From the human T2T-CHM13v2.0 reference genome, Homo sapiens, in NCBI RefSeq assembly GCF_009914755.1, contig NC_060925.1: a DNA stretch of 64,000 nt. One strand, written 5' to 3'. Of the stretch, positions 25,249 to 43,439 are shown piece after piece (position 1 is the first letter of the stretch; every line of letters begins with the position of its first letter). A program made the translations under genes and the position numbers. The notes beneath the pieces are model-generated. The model saw nothing but the letters and a program-made list of their open reading frames with translations, ran no database searches and was not told where the DNA came from.

Positions 25249-27419
25249 GTCCACTTATGTCACCTTAGAGAGGTAAGGAATCTCAATAGTACTCTTTTGC
25301 ACAGAGTGCCATCGTTCCAAAGTTAAGGTTTACTTCATTTTTGATATCTTGGTGGCCTGCAATGTCCCTAGTTTCTATGATATGAGTTTTATAGTCGTGT
25401 TTTCAAGTAAATATAATTTTTCTCTTCTGGTATATACATTCTCCCTCATGATAGAGTCATAAACATCTGCATGAAATTCAGGGCTCAGTGCATTAATCCA
25501 AAATATTTTAATGAAGAACTTACTTGCAGTTAATCTCTATGATAACGCTTTGTGGGAATCAGTAGTGATTAAGTTAATTTTGGAAGAATAATGGTAACAT
25601 AGTATGTTTTCATTTGGAAAGAGGGGAGGGAGTTTCATTTTTCATTTCAATAAATCTTTATGGAGTATCTACTATGTTCCAGGTTCTGTATCTGGATAGA
25701 GTGAATACATTTCATTTTAAGTGATCACTAAGCAATTAGGCAAGGCTGTCTGTTATGTTGTGTTAAAATGGATTATGATTCTGAGCCAGCAGGAAAGAGT
25801 GCGGGGGGTTGGGAGAGGAGGTGACAAAATTGAACTCTGCATTTGCTGTTCATGATGTAACCACAACAATATAGCCCAAATCTCAACCTGAGTCATGTTG
25901 TATTAGAATCTCACTGTTTTTATAAAGTGCTTTGAAGATGTTAATTTTAGGTTGTTTCTATTCTATTTTATGTTTATGTAAATACACACACATATATAAT
26001 AGAATAATATGTTAATCAAATATTATGTGATTTCTGGTATATTTTGCCTCATCCATAATATTATTTGATGCCGTCTTGGTATGACCAATGTATAGGAGCT
26101 TATCTTCAAAGAGAAGGTATTAATTATCTTCAGATACATAACAGAGATGTAGTCTTTGCTCTTTAGGAGTTTGGAGTTTAAAACACGCAGTTCTAAGACA
26201 AAAACACCCTATAAATATCAAACAGGTACATAATTTGAATAAAAATTTTTGTGTTTCCAGAAATGTCACTTACCTACCTTAATCAACATGTGTGCTAGTA
26301 ATTTTTGCATCTGTTTCTGCAAAACCAGAAAGAACTAATGATTCAATTCTAATGGGAAAAGAGCAAAGATGTTGCAAAACCATACAGTTCTTGAAATTTG
26401 TTTGTTCCACACATCTTATTATTGTTATGCTCTTTATCTATGATTACTGCACTAAAATATTAACCTTTTAAGAAAATTCATTGCACATTTGGTTGCAGCA
26501 CTGCGATCTGCCAAATTATAGCATTCTGAATGTTTACAAGTCATCGAGGTTCCCCAGAGGGGCTACCTAAATTCCCTGAAGGGAAAGAAAAATTAAAATC
26601 ATTGTTTTCCCCTTCTGCTTTTGTTCACAGAGAGAACAGACTTGTTTGTCAAGAACAAACACGCAGAGGTGAGAGATCAGGAAACAGCGGGCCCAGGGAG
26701 CCAGGCTCTGCTTTGCTGAACACAGTTGGAAGGAGTGAGTCCAGCAGCCAGTCACCATGAGGTGTCTCAGTGTCTGAGGAGAATTTGTGTGAACTGTCAG
26801 CTGAAAGCATCGACAGCTTCCCATTAGTAATGAATTTTGGAAATAATTTTATTAATTTCTTCACCTCAATCAGAACATGTTAGTGAAAGTTGCTCAACCA
26901 AACATCAAAGAACCATTGCATTTTAACCTTTTAGTCTTTTACCGTGTAACCAGGAACAGCGAAGAAATAAATTAGTGTAGCATTCCTTTAAAAAAAAAAT
27001 GCCTGGAGATAAGGAGTGGACATAATTTTTTCTGTTTTTAATTTAATAGCAGGTTTATGGTTTTATGCAAAGCCATTCACATTACATTTGACCCTCTGGG
27101 AGCTGCTTTTTTTTTTTTTCTGTGGATATAATTTTGAGTCTTTAATAATCTGTTGTTAAACCCAGTCTGAGTTTGATTAATGAATTGTGATGAACCGGTG
27201 CATTAATTTGCAGGTTTGGTCTAATGCCCTAAAAGGCTGCTTTGTTGCTGGTTATTAATGCTCAACTCTTCAAGAGGAGCCATGGGATGGCAGTGTGTCC
27301 CAAGTAATGAACAAGTTACACATTTGAGCAGTCCCAATGATAGAGCTGTAGCTCTAGAAGTGACCATGGAGCTACATTATTGAAAGAAAAAAATCCTGAT
27401 TTAGCTTAATGCCCTAGAA

Positions 27420-27869
27420 CAGGGGGCCGCAGACCTCCAAATCTACTGGTCTCTGGATGGAATTCAGGGGAATCTGTGAATTTCAATAGGAAAAAAATCT
27501 TTAATTAATCTCCAACTGAAATTTAACATTGTTCAATTATGAATGTAGGTGACAACCATAGTATTCTTAGCTGTATCTGTGACTTTGTCATCTCTAGAAA
27601 TCACAAATATTTCCAGAACATGTTATAGAGATGCAAGTACCTCACTATGTCATTTGGGCTTGTCACTACCTCAGAATTATAGTAAGTATGAGGACAGCTG
27701 CCTGACTTGTTATTTAATGTAATAAAGAAGTACATATTTTACTATCTTGTTCATTTTTTAAAAAATGACTGTATTCAATATAATTGGTTTCATTTGTAAT
27801 TTTATTTTAGATATCAAAACCAGGAATCCAAGAAGGGGTTTATGGCTCCAAAATGGTTAAGAATGCCCT
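27420..27869 (+). mobile_element. hAT-Charlie DNA transposon relic (Charlie4a/MER113-like)
   Basis: cagggg..tggatggaattcagggg; ctgtgactttgtca..tagaaatcacaaatattt; ttcaatataattggtttc; aatggttaagaatgccct. Confidence 0.75.
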
Positions 27870-29951
27870 TTTCTGAGTGACTGTTGTCTGTGCTGCCCCT
27901 TAGTGATACTTTACCTGTTCCTCAGGGCTCTATTTTCAGGAACATGCAAGCTTCAGATATGTTACCAATGCGGCCATGATAGCAATGACTAAGTTGTGCA
28001 AACATCATCAACTTTGCAATTACTCTCCTCCTCACTTTCCTCCTCCTAAGCTCTGGAAGCTATGAACTGTTTGTTTTACTCACTGGTATTTCCCCAACTC
28101 ATATCTTATTTGACACATACTAGGCACTTCGTAAATATTTAATAAAGGAGTGATAGCTTTAAGAGAAAGTATTTTTTGCCTTGTTAGAGTAAATCTGAGT
28201 TTTAAAATCATTTTTGTAAATGAAATAAAATTTGGTATCCACATTCTAAAGAGCTTATTACATTATAAAAGGTATTTACAAGGCATTAGAAATGTTTATA
28301 GGAAATAATATTCACCAGTTTATTGTTCAGCAATTCACTTTATCAGGACACTATAGATTCTCATAACTGATTTTTTTTCAAAGCATTGTTATAATTAAAC
28401 GAAGAGAACTGGAATTCTCCAAAGACATATATAGTTTTAGAGAGTTAGGAAAATCAAATTAAGAAAAAAGATGAGCATGTGTGTTGGGAGTGCGTGTAAG
28501 TGTGTGGATATGTTTGTGTGTCTCTGTGTGTAAAGAGATCCAACCTGGCGAAAGAGTCTTTAGAGCTGTAAGTTGCCTTAGAGATTATTTTTCAATTTAA
28601 TTTAACAAGTATTGAAACTGAAGCACAAGGAGGTTAAATGGCCAGTGACCTCCTAATTGCTAAATCCAATAAACCTTTCTCAGACCTTATCTTATTTGAC
28701 CATGCTATTGCATTTTATGTTGTTTACCTTCTCTAGGTCTGTGCATACGCTGTTTCTGCCACTCAGAATGCCATCCATTCCACTCCTTCCTATCCTTGCC
28801 CCCTACTCTTCTCCCAGGACAACACATCTTTTAAGCTGTCCTGGTCTCCAGCCCTCAAGTAGAACTTTGTTTTAGTTTAATGTTTCTCAGTTTTTCTCAT
28901 TATTTCCCCCAGATAGCCTTTTTAGACATTTTTCCACCTTAATTCTCCTCACTTTTCCCCTTACTCCATTCTCTGGTGAAATTTTAATACTGCAGATAGA
29001 CTTGTATATCTTTTTATGCATTGTGACCTTTTGGAAGGCAACAAACCATTATAATATCGAAGATTTTTTTCCCCTCAAGAACCAATTTCTCCTCCTTTGG
29101 GTGAGATCACCCTTGTTGAGAACATGTGCTCCAGTAGAACCCAAATGTCACAAGAGTTTCCCCGTCCTGTGGATTCAAAATAGGATCACAAAGGGCTCCA
29201 AACTTTGCCCATTTTGCTAAGTAAATTCTAGTCTTTTCCATGGGATTTCCTCCCTCCCTAAACTCCTCATGGTGTTTATCTGTTTTTAAGAAATCAGTCT
29301 TTGTTCTGTCTGCCTGGGAGCTGGGGACACAACATTACTGTTCAGAATGAGCTGTACAAAAGCTGTCCTCCATTTTGCCCTTGGTCACGATGGTTCAAGC
29401 TGACAAAGTGCCGCTGGTGGGCAGTGAATCTCAGAACACTCTGTGGTTGCTGCCACAACTGCCTGGTGGGGTGGGGAAGACAGTCACTATTGCTGCTTTT
29501 GCTCTTGGCTGTAGGTGCTTATGTTTTCTGGCCTCGGTCTAGATATCTGGTAAAGTAATTGCTCAGCCAAGTGTGTATTGCAGCAATATTTTGTGGTGAT
29601 ATAACTCCTTCAACTCCCATCTCACACCGCCATGTTCTCTAGGTACATTCAGGATACCAGGTCAAATTTCAGCTTCCTGGGTGCCCCATAGTCTCTCCTC
29701 CCTTCAAGCTTGGCTCATGTTGTTCCATCTTCCTGGCATGCTCTTTCTTCTCTTTTTCCAGTAGATAATGCTACTCTCGGTTGCCATATCACTTCTTTCA
29801 GGAAGCTTCTTGGATGCCCCTTTAGAATCTTTATTTGTTATTCGTCCTGTGTGCTCTGAAGGCGTCCTGGATTCCTAGGTTATTATATACAGATTGTTTC
29901 TTTGTCTATATATCCTATCATACTCTAAGTTCCTTGAAGGCAGAAAGCACA

Positions 29952-30169
29952 TAGGGTTGTTAGATTTAGCAAATAAAAATACAGGACTCCTAAATGTATT
30001 TTCCAGACAAACAACAAATAATTTTTAGTATAAGTAGTCCCATAATTGGATATTTGAATATGGAACATACATATTTGAATATTTGAGTATAGAAAATACT
30101 TATACTAAAAATTATTCATTATGCCATTCAAATTTAACTGGTTATTCTATATTTTATCTGGCAATCCTA
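29952..30169. mobile_element. MER53 hAT MITE inserted in L2
   Basis: TIRs tagggttgttagatttagcaaataaaaatacagga / tattttatctggcaatccta; palindromic tttttagtataagta / tacttatactaaaaa. Confidence 0.88.
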
Positions 30170-30957
30170 CAAACATATATTGTGCTTATTGTATTCCTGG
30201 AGCCTAGCACAGTTCTAATCATCTAGGAAGTACTCCATAAATGTTTATGGAATGAATAAATTTATTCTAGATGCTGGTGACATAGCAGTGAATGAAAACA
30301 AAAGTCTTTGCCTTGTTGGAGATTACATTCTAGTGGGTGAATACAGATGATAAATAAGTAAGTAAAATATATAGTATGTCAATGTTGGTAAGAGTTATGG
30401 AGGAAAATAAAGGAGAAAAAAGGACATAATATGGAACTAATTTTTTTTCTCTTCAAACTTGCTCTATGTTCATTTGTTCTCATCTCAGCTGATGGCAATT
30501 CTATTTTTCCAGTTGCTTGGATCAAAACTCTGGAAGTCATCCTTCCTCTTTCTCTTCTATCCCTCATCCAACCTGTTAGGAAATTTTTTTTAACCTTCAA
30601 AATATATCCAGAATCTGACCACTCATCACTACCTCTGCTGGTAGCTCCTTGTTCCAAGCCAGCATCATCTCTTGCCTGGGTTATTGCAATAGTATTCAAG
30701 ATGGTGGCTTTTCTTCTGCTCTTGTCCTTTTATATCCCATTTTCAACACTGCAATCAGACCAAGTCTTTTAAAATGTAAGTCAGATCATACCATTTTTCT
30801 CTTTAAAACTCTCCTGTGGGTCCCCATTTTTTTCATTCTAAAAGACAAGGTCCTTAAAATAGTTATCATGGTTCTTCATGAGAATCCTTATTCCAACCCC
30901 TATTCCCTGTCCTCCCTCTGTTACTTCTCTGACTCTCCTCCAAAAACTATATCGATC

Positions 30958-31073
30958 TAAGATGACCAAGTAACTATCTTGGTTTGCCATGGATGCTCCT
31001 GCCTTACCACTGAAAGTCACACATCTAAGGACACCCCTGAGTACCTGGCAAACTTGGACAGTTGCTCACCCTA
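30958..31073. mobile_element. MER81 (hAT-Blackjack) MITE inserted in L2
   Basis: gatgaccaa..cttggtttgcc..cactgaaagtc..ctggcaaacttggacagttgctcacccta. Confidence 0.75.
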
Positions 31074-32463
31074 CAAACCACTGTAGCCATGGATGCCTTT
31101 TTACTGATCCTCAGGCATGTCAGACACACTCACTCCTACCTTTGGCCTTGGCATTTGTTCTGCCCGTTTGGAAAGCTCTTCCCCCTGCATCTGCATGGCT
31201 AATTTCCTTACTACCTTCAAAATTTTGTTCTGATGTTATTCTCACTAAAGCTTGCCCTGAACATGCTATTTCCAATTGCAACTCTTTTCTCATCCCCTCT
31301 GAACAGTGTCACTAATATCCCTTACTCTGTTCTAGTTTTCTATGCATAGCATTTATATACGTCTAACACACTGTATAATTATTAATGCATTTATGTTTAT
31401 TATTTGTTTGTTTCCCCATGCTAGACTGCAAGCCCCATCAATGCAGGAATCTTGTTTGGTTTGCTGTTTTGTCCTGAGCACCTAGGACAGTACTTGCCTC
31501 ATACGGGTGCTGGATTAATATTTGGTGAATTAAACTGAAGAGGGATTGGAGGTTGTTTGGGGTGGAGGGAATTAAAATGATAGATAATGGTCACAGAAGA
31601 AGGTGATATTGGAGAGAACCTGCTTTGTGAATCTAGGGGAAGAAACAGGGAGAGGGAATGGTGAGTGCAAATGTCATGGGGCAGGAATGTGCCTGGCCTG
31701 CCTGGGAAGAGTGATGAGGCAGTAAAGCTAGTGCAGAGCAAACACAAGGTAGTGGTAGGAGGTGGTATAGGAGAGGAGATGGTGTTTCAAATTATGTAGA
31801 GCAAAGATCGTAAGAATCCTTTGGATTTTATTGTGCACAAAATAAGAATCCAATTGGACAATTTGGTGGATGGAGATTGGTGACTTGATCTGGATCTGAT
31901 TCAGCATTAACAGTTCACCTGGTCACTATGTTGACCAAAGCCTATAGGAAACAAGGGCCGAAGCAGGGAGAGCAGTCATGAAATTGAAATGAAGACAGAG
32001 AGATGCTGTTGGTTCAGACAAGATTAGTAGCTGGGGAGGTAGCAAGAAATGGCCAGATTCTGGATGTACTTTGAATTAAAGCCAACAGGAAATGTTGATG
32101 AACTGAATGTGGGATGTGAGAAAAACAGGAGTCAGGAATAATTTATAGTTTGTTTTTAAGTAAACTCTTTCTTCAAATATAGCATGCATGCAGAAAAATG
32201 CCCAAAGCATAAATATGTAGCTTGGGGAATTTTTCTTTTTTTTTTTTTTTCTTTTATTATTATACTTTAAGTTTTAGGGTACATGTGCACATTGTGCAGG
32301 TTAGTTACATATGTATACATGTGCCACGCTGGTGCGCTGCACCCACTAACTCGTCATTTAGCATTAGGTATATCTCCCAATGCTATCCCTCCCCCCTCCC
32401 CCCACCCCACAACAGTCCCCAGAGTGTGATGTTCCCCTTCCTGTGTCCATGTGATCTCATTGT

Positions 32464-36282
<3,819 letters not shown>

Positions 36283-36345
36283 TATGATGTTAGCTGGTTA
36301 TTTTGCTCTTTAGTTGATGCAGTTTCTTCCTAGTCTCGATGGTCT

Positions 36346-37362
36346 TTACATTTTGGCATGATTTTGCAGCAGCTGGTACCGGTTGTTCCTTTCCATGTTT
36401 AGTGCTTCCTTCAGGAGCTCTTTTAAGGCAGGCCTGGTGGTGACAAAATCTCAGCATTTGCTTCTCTGTAAAGTATTTTATTTCTCCTTCACTTATGAAG
36501 CTTAGTTTGGCTGGATATGAAATTCTGGGTTGAATATTCTTTTCTTTAAGAATGTTGAATATTGGCCCCCACTCTCTTCTGGCTTGTAGGGTTTCTGCCG
36601 AGAGATCCGCTGTTAGTCTGATGGGCTTCCCTTTGAGGGTAACCCGACCTTTCTCTCTGGCTGCCCTTAACATTTTTTCCTTCATTTCAACTTTGGTGAA
36701 TCTGACAATTATGTGTCTTGGAGTTGCTCTTCTCGAGGAGTATCTTTGTGGCGTTCTCTGTATTTCCTGAATCTGAACGTTGGCCTGCCTTGCTAGATTG
36801 GGGAAGTTCTCCTGGATAATATCCTGCAGAGTGTTTTCCAACTTGGTTCCATTCTCCCCGTCACTTTCAGGTACACCAATCAGATGTAGATTTGGTCTTT
36901 TCACATAGTCCCATATTTCTTGGAGGCTTTGCTCATTTCTTTTTATTCTTTTTTCTCTAAACTTCCCTTCTCGCTTCATTTCATTCATTTCATCTTCCAT
37001 CGCTGATACCCTTTCTTCCAGTTGATCGCATCGGCTCCTGAGGCTTCTGCATTCTTCACGTAGTTCTCGAGCCTTGGTTTTCAGCTCCATCAGCTCCTTT
37101 AAGCACTTCTCTGTATTGGTTATTCTAGTTAGACATTCTTCTAAATTTTTTTTCAAAGTTTTCAACTTCTTTGCCTTTGGTTTGAATGTCCTCCCGTAGC
37201 TCAGAGTAATTTTGATCGTCTGAAGCCTTCTTTTCTCAGCTCGTCAAAGTCGTTCTCCATCCAGCTTTGTTCCATTGCTGGTGAGGAACTGCGTTCCTTT
37301 GGAGGAGGAGAGGCACTCTGCTTTTTAGAGTTTCCAGTTTTTCTGTTCTGTTTTTTCCCCAT
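36346..37362 (-). pseudogene. L1 ORF1p, disrupted
   Basis: ATG GGG AAA AAA at 37362; EIWDYVKRPNL and ARREWGPIF motifs; +1 near 37212, +1 near 37150, -2 near 36450 relative to recalled consensus. Confidence 0.93.
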
Positions 37363-38265
37363 CTTTGTGGTTTTATCTACTTTTGGTCTTTGATGATGGT
37401 GATGTACAGATGGGTTTTTGGTGTGGATGTCCTTTCTGTTTGTTAGTTTTCCTTCTAACAGACAGGACCCTCAGCTGCAGGTCTGTTGGAGTACCCTGCT
37501 GTGTGAGGTGTCCGTGTGCCCCTGCTGGGGGGTGCCTCCCAGTTAGGCTGCTCGGGGGTCAGGGGTCAGGGACCCACTTGAGGAGGCAGTCTGCCCATTC
37601 TCAGATCTCCAGCTGTGTGCTGGGAGAATCACTGCTCTCTTCAAAGCTGTCAGACAGGGACATTTAAGTCTGCAGAGGTTACTGCTGTCTTTTTGTTTGT
37701 CTGTGCCCGGCCCCCAGAGGTGGAGCCTACAGAGGCAGGCAGGCCTCCTTGAGCTGTGGTGGGCTCCAGCCAGTTCGAGCTTCCCGGCTGCTTTGTTTAC
37801 CTAAGCAAGCCTGGGCAATGGCGGGCGCCCCTCCCCCAGCCTCGCTGCTGCCTTGCAGTTTGATCTCAGACTGCTGTGCTAGCAATCAGCGAGACTCCGT
37901 GGGCGTAGGACCCTCCGAGCCAGGTGTGGGATATAATCTCGTGGTGCACCGTTTTTTAAGCCTGTCGGAAAAGCCCAGTATTAGGGTGGGAGTGACCCGA
38001 TTTTCCAGGTGCCATCCGTCACCCCTTTCTTTGACTAGGAAAGGGAACTCCCTGACCCCTTGCGCTTCCCGAGTGAGGCAATGCCTCGCCCTGCTTTGGC
38101 TCGCGCATGGTGCGCGCACCCAGTGGCCTGCGCCCACTGTCTGGCACTCTCTAGTGAGATGAACCTGGTACCTCAGATGGAAATGCAGAAATCACCCGTC
38201 TTCTGCGTCGCTCACGCTGGGAGCTGTAGACCGGAGCTGTTCCTATTCGGCCATCTTGGCTCCTC
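37363..38265. promoter_or_regulatory. L1 5'UTR: internal sense promoter (-) and antisense promoter (+)
   Basis: CpG-rich; intact YY1 site gccatctt at 38250-38257. Confidence 0.9.
37818..38162 (+). CDS. ORF0: L1 ORF0 (antisense ORF), uninterrupted, 114 aa
   Basis: MAGAPPPASLLPCSLISDCCASNQRDSVGVGPSEPG... from gcaATGg; splice donors cag|gt after 37923 and 38008. Confidence 0.75.
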   Translation: MAGAPPPASLLPCSLISDCCASNQRDSVGVGPSEPGVGYNLVVHRFLSLSEKPSIRVGVTRFSRCHPSPLSLTRKGNSLTPCASRVRQCLALLWLAHGARTQWPAPTVWHSLVR

Positions 38266-38279
38266 AGGGAATTTTTCAT

Positions 38280-40300
38280 AAAGGTAAAACACTCATGTAA
38301 TCACCTCCTCCTGCAAGACATAGAACATTGCCAGCTCCCAAGTGGCCCTGCCTATGCTGCCTCCTGGTCATCATCCCTCTTTTCCCAAGTAACCACTGCC
38401 ACTGGCTTTTCCCACTAAGACAACGTGGCCTATATCCACAAGTTTTGATATGTTATGTTATTATCATTCAGTTCAAAATATTTTCTAATTTCCATTGTGA
38501 TTTCTTCTTTGACCAATTTCCAAATAATTGTGGGATGTTCTAGTTATCATTTTTGTTACTGGTTTCTAGCTTAATTCTACTGAGGTCAGAGAATACATTA
38601 ATGGTTTCAATATTTTGAAATTTGTTTGAACTTGGGGACTTGTTTTATAGCCCAGCATATGGTCAGTCCTGACAAGTGTCACATGTTCCCTTATTAGATG
38701 CATAATTTTTTATACAATAACTAAGTCAAGTTTATTAATGATACCTTCTAGTTGATCATTTAATAAGTAACTGAGAAAAATGTGTTAAAGTATCCACTAT
38801 CATTGTGGATTTATCTCTTCGTACTTTTAGATGTCAATATTTGCTGCACATTTTTTGGGAGAATACAAATCTGAAATTATCTTATCTTTCTGGTAGATTA
38901 ATTTTTAAACACCATTATCAAATCTCCTTTTTTATTTTTGATAGTAGTGTTTACATATCTCTCCTTCCATTCTTTTACTGTCAACCTTTCTGTGTCCTTA
39001 TACTTAAGATATGCTTATTTAGGCAACATATGGTTGAATTTTTATTTTTTCTTTGAGTTGGATAAACTTTGTCTTTCAATTGAAGCATTTAGTCCATTAC
39101 ATTTAATGTAATTACTGATATATTTGGAATTATATTTATTGGCTATAACAACATGCATTCTTTACTTAATAGAGTCTAATATAAATTAATAGTTTTATCA
39201 CTTCTCAGACAATGCTAGGATTTAAGAACATATTAACTTCATTTATTTCTTGTCTGTTTGAGTTATTGCTGTCATACATTTTAATGATACATGTATTTTA
39301 AACTCCATAAAATATTATTATTACTTTGTAGTCAATAGCCATTTATATTTATACTCATATTTACCTCTCTGTTGCTCCTCATTCCTCTCTGCAATTCTGT
39401 CTTTCCAGCTGGGATCATTTCCTTTCTGTCTAAAGAACTCCCATCAGTATTTCTTTTAGTGTGGATCTGCTGACAAAAATCTGTATTATCTACAAAATCT
39501 TGTATTAAATTGGAAAGGTATTCACTGGATATAGATTGCTGAGTTTCCAACAATTTCTTTCAGCACTTCAAGATGTTATTCTATTTTCTTCTGGCTTCCA
39601 TGGTTTCTGTTGAGAACTTAGTTGTCATTGTAGTTCCTTTGAAGGCAATTTGCTTTTTTATCTGGCTGTTCTTATGGTTTATTATTTGTTTTTGTCATTT
39701 GGCAATTTCACTGTGAAGTGACTAGTAATGTATTTATCCTGTTGAGGTTTAACATCTTTTATCTGTTTTGGAAAATTCGCAGACATTTTCTCTTTAAATA
39801 TTTGTTTTGCCACCATTTCCTTTCTAATTCTCTTCTGGGGCCTCAAGAACACTTATGTTAGGATTCTGCCATCTCCTGTGTATCTCTTGTACTCTTCTCT
39901 GTATTTTTATTTTTTCTCTTCATGCTCTGGTCTGAGTATTTTCTTCTGAGATATCTTACAGTACTAATCTTTTCACCTGTGTTTTGTCTACTATTAAACT
40001 CATCTATTGAATTGTTAGCTTTATTATATTTTTTTCAGTTCTAGCATTTTCACCTGATTTTTTTAAGATTCCATTTGGCAAAGTTTTCTTGTCCTCTATT
40101 TTTTGAACATTTGAATCCAAGTTTGATAACTCTATTATTTGCATCATCTCTGGCCCTGTTTCTATTGTCTTTTTACTTTTTGTCCTGTTTCTTGGTACGT
40201 TTGGCATTTTTAAAATTGAGTGCCAGACATTTTGTATGAAAAACTGTAGAAGCTGTAGATGACTCCTCTAGAGGTTCTACTTCATACAATGGTAGGCAGC
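38280..40300 (-). mobile_element. Old L1M relic (3'-end piece continuing 32155-32235, then ORF1/inter-ORF/EN remnants)
   Basis: aattctactgaggtcagagaatac; gtgttaaagtatccactat; tttcttctggcttccatggtttctgttgagaa; ORF1-like IETGPEMMQIIELS. Confidence 0.75.
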
Positions 40301-40399
40301 TAGAATAAGGGCAAAGAGACTCAATCTCAATCTAATCAGTGTATGACTGAAAAGAGATTGGGTTTTAGAATTTATAAGGCTCTAGGGTCATCCACCGGC

Positions 40400-40887
<488 letters not shown>

Positions 40888-43439
40888 TAGTGTAGCTATT
40901 TATTTGTGCCCTGATCAGACAAAAACTTAAGGCCAAAATCTTCTCTCTCATTGCCTGCCTTTAACAAATATTAATTGGGATAGCAGCTAATGGAATTCAA
41001 TGTGTGGAGAAAGGTCAGATTTTGTTAAAAGATAGACTCAGAAAATACAGTGGAATTATAAAACTTAAAAGCTCTTGCAGTATTGAAAATAGGGCCAAAT
41101 AGGTCATGCAGGCATCTTGGTGCTGGTCCATGGTTATCCCAGATAATTTCCTATATGCAATTCAGTCAGTTTGTATACTGCTAGATGGAGTTTCAGGGCA
41201 CAATTCTTCCCCTCTGGAGTGGATTTTGAGGACTCTTCAATTTCTTGCCTTCTGTCCCTGGAGTGGGAGTGAGGAATTGTTAAAAGAAGCAAGGCTCAAG
41301 AAGAGGAAGTGAAAACCTTAGTTCTCTCTCCATTCTATCTCTCAGGCTTTCTTTACCCCCTTTTGGAATGGTGAATTCTTAATCAAGGCTCCAGGAATGA
41401 TGTTCTATCAAACTGAGAATTAGACACAATTTCATTAGAGAAGTTCCCAATTAATGTTTCTTTCTCAGTCTTATAAGAATCATCCTAGTAGGATCATTCG
41501 AGTTTGATGAGATTCAAGGTACATGATTATGCCACAGACACCGTACATGAAGCAATCTGTGTTTTGACTGGTGATAAATTGATAATCACCTACCTGGTTA
41601 AGCCAGTCCACAGAGAGGCAGTTAATATTGTGAAACTTCAATAAAGTCGGCTGTCAATGCATAGATATTGCAGGTGAACTCCTTGATCTCTCATTGTAAT
41701 CCTTAGAATCTCTGTTATCCATCACTCTATAATACATTTGTTTAGCAAGGAAATAGGCCTCTAAAATCTTACCATCAAAGTAAGCCTCAACAATAACGTT
41801 TTTAAATCTGACACACAAGTCTCAACAACCATCAGAACACTATTTAGCTGTCAAATTTAGTGAGGTGATGTCAATTTACAGAAGGATGGCAAGAGATGGC
41901 AAAGTGTTCCCCTTTCTTTTATGGAACAATACAAAAGTTTTAGAGGTATCCTTTTGCACTCCGCTTACCAATCAGGCATTTGAGTAGCAGGTTTTGGTAT
42001 TAAGCTTTCCCTTTCCCTGACAGATCAAAATGCAGACTTCCTAAAGTTTATGAGATTTTCCTATTGCTAAGTCTTAAGTGGTGCAAAGTAGAGTAAGGAT
42101 CACATTATAGAAGGTACAGCTTTATTTTCATGAATAAATATTGTTAAAAAACAAACAATATTGACAGATGGTTTTTATTTAGAATAAAATATTTAATAAT
42201 TAATTTATTTATTTATCTTAGCTGTCTTGTACTTGGTTTCATTGTGAAAATGAGTTGTCACTTCAATAATTCTTCCCGGGGAACGTATATTCCGCAAAGG
42301 CCAAAACTCAAGAGTAAAACCAGTCATGGCTCCACTTAGCATTTCTAGGCTGTTACCCTTTATGAAGACGACATTTGGTCTTCCCCTGGTATATTTTGAA
42401 TTTATATGAACATTCTAATGAATGATCTTATTGTGTGTGGTTCAATCTCCTGAGGAAAGAATTTTCTTCTATTTAATCTCAGGAAATAGGATCAGCTCTG
42501 CCAAAGTATTAGGGGCCTAAGGAAACACTTCCTGTATTTAAATTAAGCAGCTTTAAAACTGCTTAAAGGGGTCTCACTGATTAGAATTCCAGTGGAGAAA
42601 GCTCGGGAAGATTTCAGATTGTATCTGAATCCACTTCGCTTCTACTCCTGGTGGGAATTTTGAAAGGATTTTTATAGTTTCCTTAGGCAGTCAATTACAG
42701 ATCTTCTTTTTCCAGTAATTTTTGAATTCATTATTCTCAAATATCGGAATGCATAAAGGAAAATATATCCTCTAAGCTATGGTATAAGACAGAGTGATTC
42801 AATCAAAGGTTTCTTACAGTTTGGAAAAAATTTTCAGTTTTTCTTACCTTTATTCAGAATTGTCTTGGGAGAAGTATGTAATCAAGACTTGCTGAGGAAA
42901 TTGACTTTTCTTCATGACAGCAGCTCCTTGAGAACAGGGACATGTATGTTACGTCGTAACTTTTCCTAGAGCACCATGCACAATATTTTGTATAAAATAT
43001 AAGCTCAATAAATGTGTAATTAAATTTACTGATGTATATTGTCTTGACAAATACTTATCAGGTATTACAGAGCATTCTGGTAATTGAGAAAGACATGGGT
43101 TGTTATAAGATTTGTTTTAAGGAATCCTTAGACCATTCTACTTGCAATCAGTTTCTCATACCAATGGGACTTTTTTGGTGTCAGTAGACTACTGCTAGCT
43201 GATAGGATGTTTGCTTTGACTTTTAACCCTATCCTAACTAAATTTAATAAAATAAAAGTAGAGAAAGCAAGAACAATATTTCAAAACCACTTTTTTTCCC
43301 CATATGGTGCATTATATGCAAAAAAAGTTATATCTAATGTGGTAATTAAAGGAAATTTTCACAAACTTATTGAAGGCATTGTATAATATTTTTATTCATA
43401 GTAATAAACAGCAAGTTGAAATATCCAGAAGAGATACAG

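Larger units (their letters stand above)
29690..32150. mobile_element. Nested L2 cluster: + strand 29690-30260 and 30440-31535; - strand 30260-30430 and 31570-32150
   Basis: taagttccttgaaggcag; cttcaaaatatatccagaatctgaccac; ctagactgcaagccccatca; ccagattctggatgtactttgaa. Confidence 0.8.

Noticed and set aside
27891-27909. CTCF-like motif gctgccccttagtga
   Set aside because: Two mismatches at high-information positions
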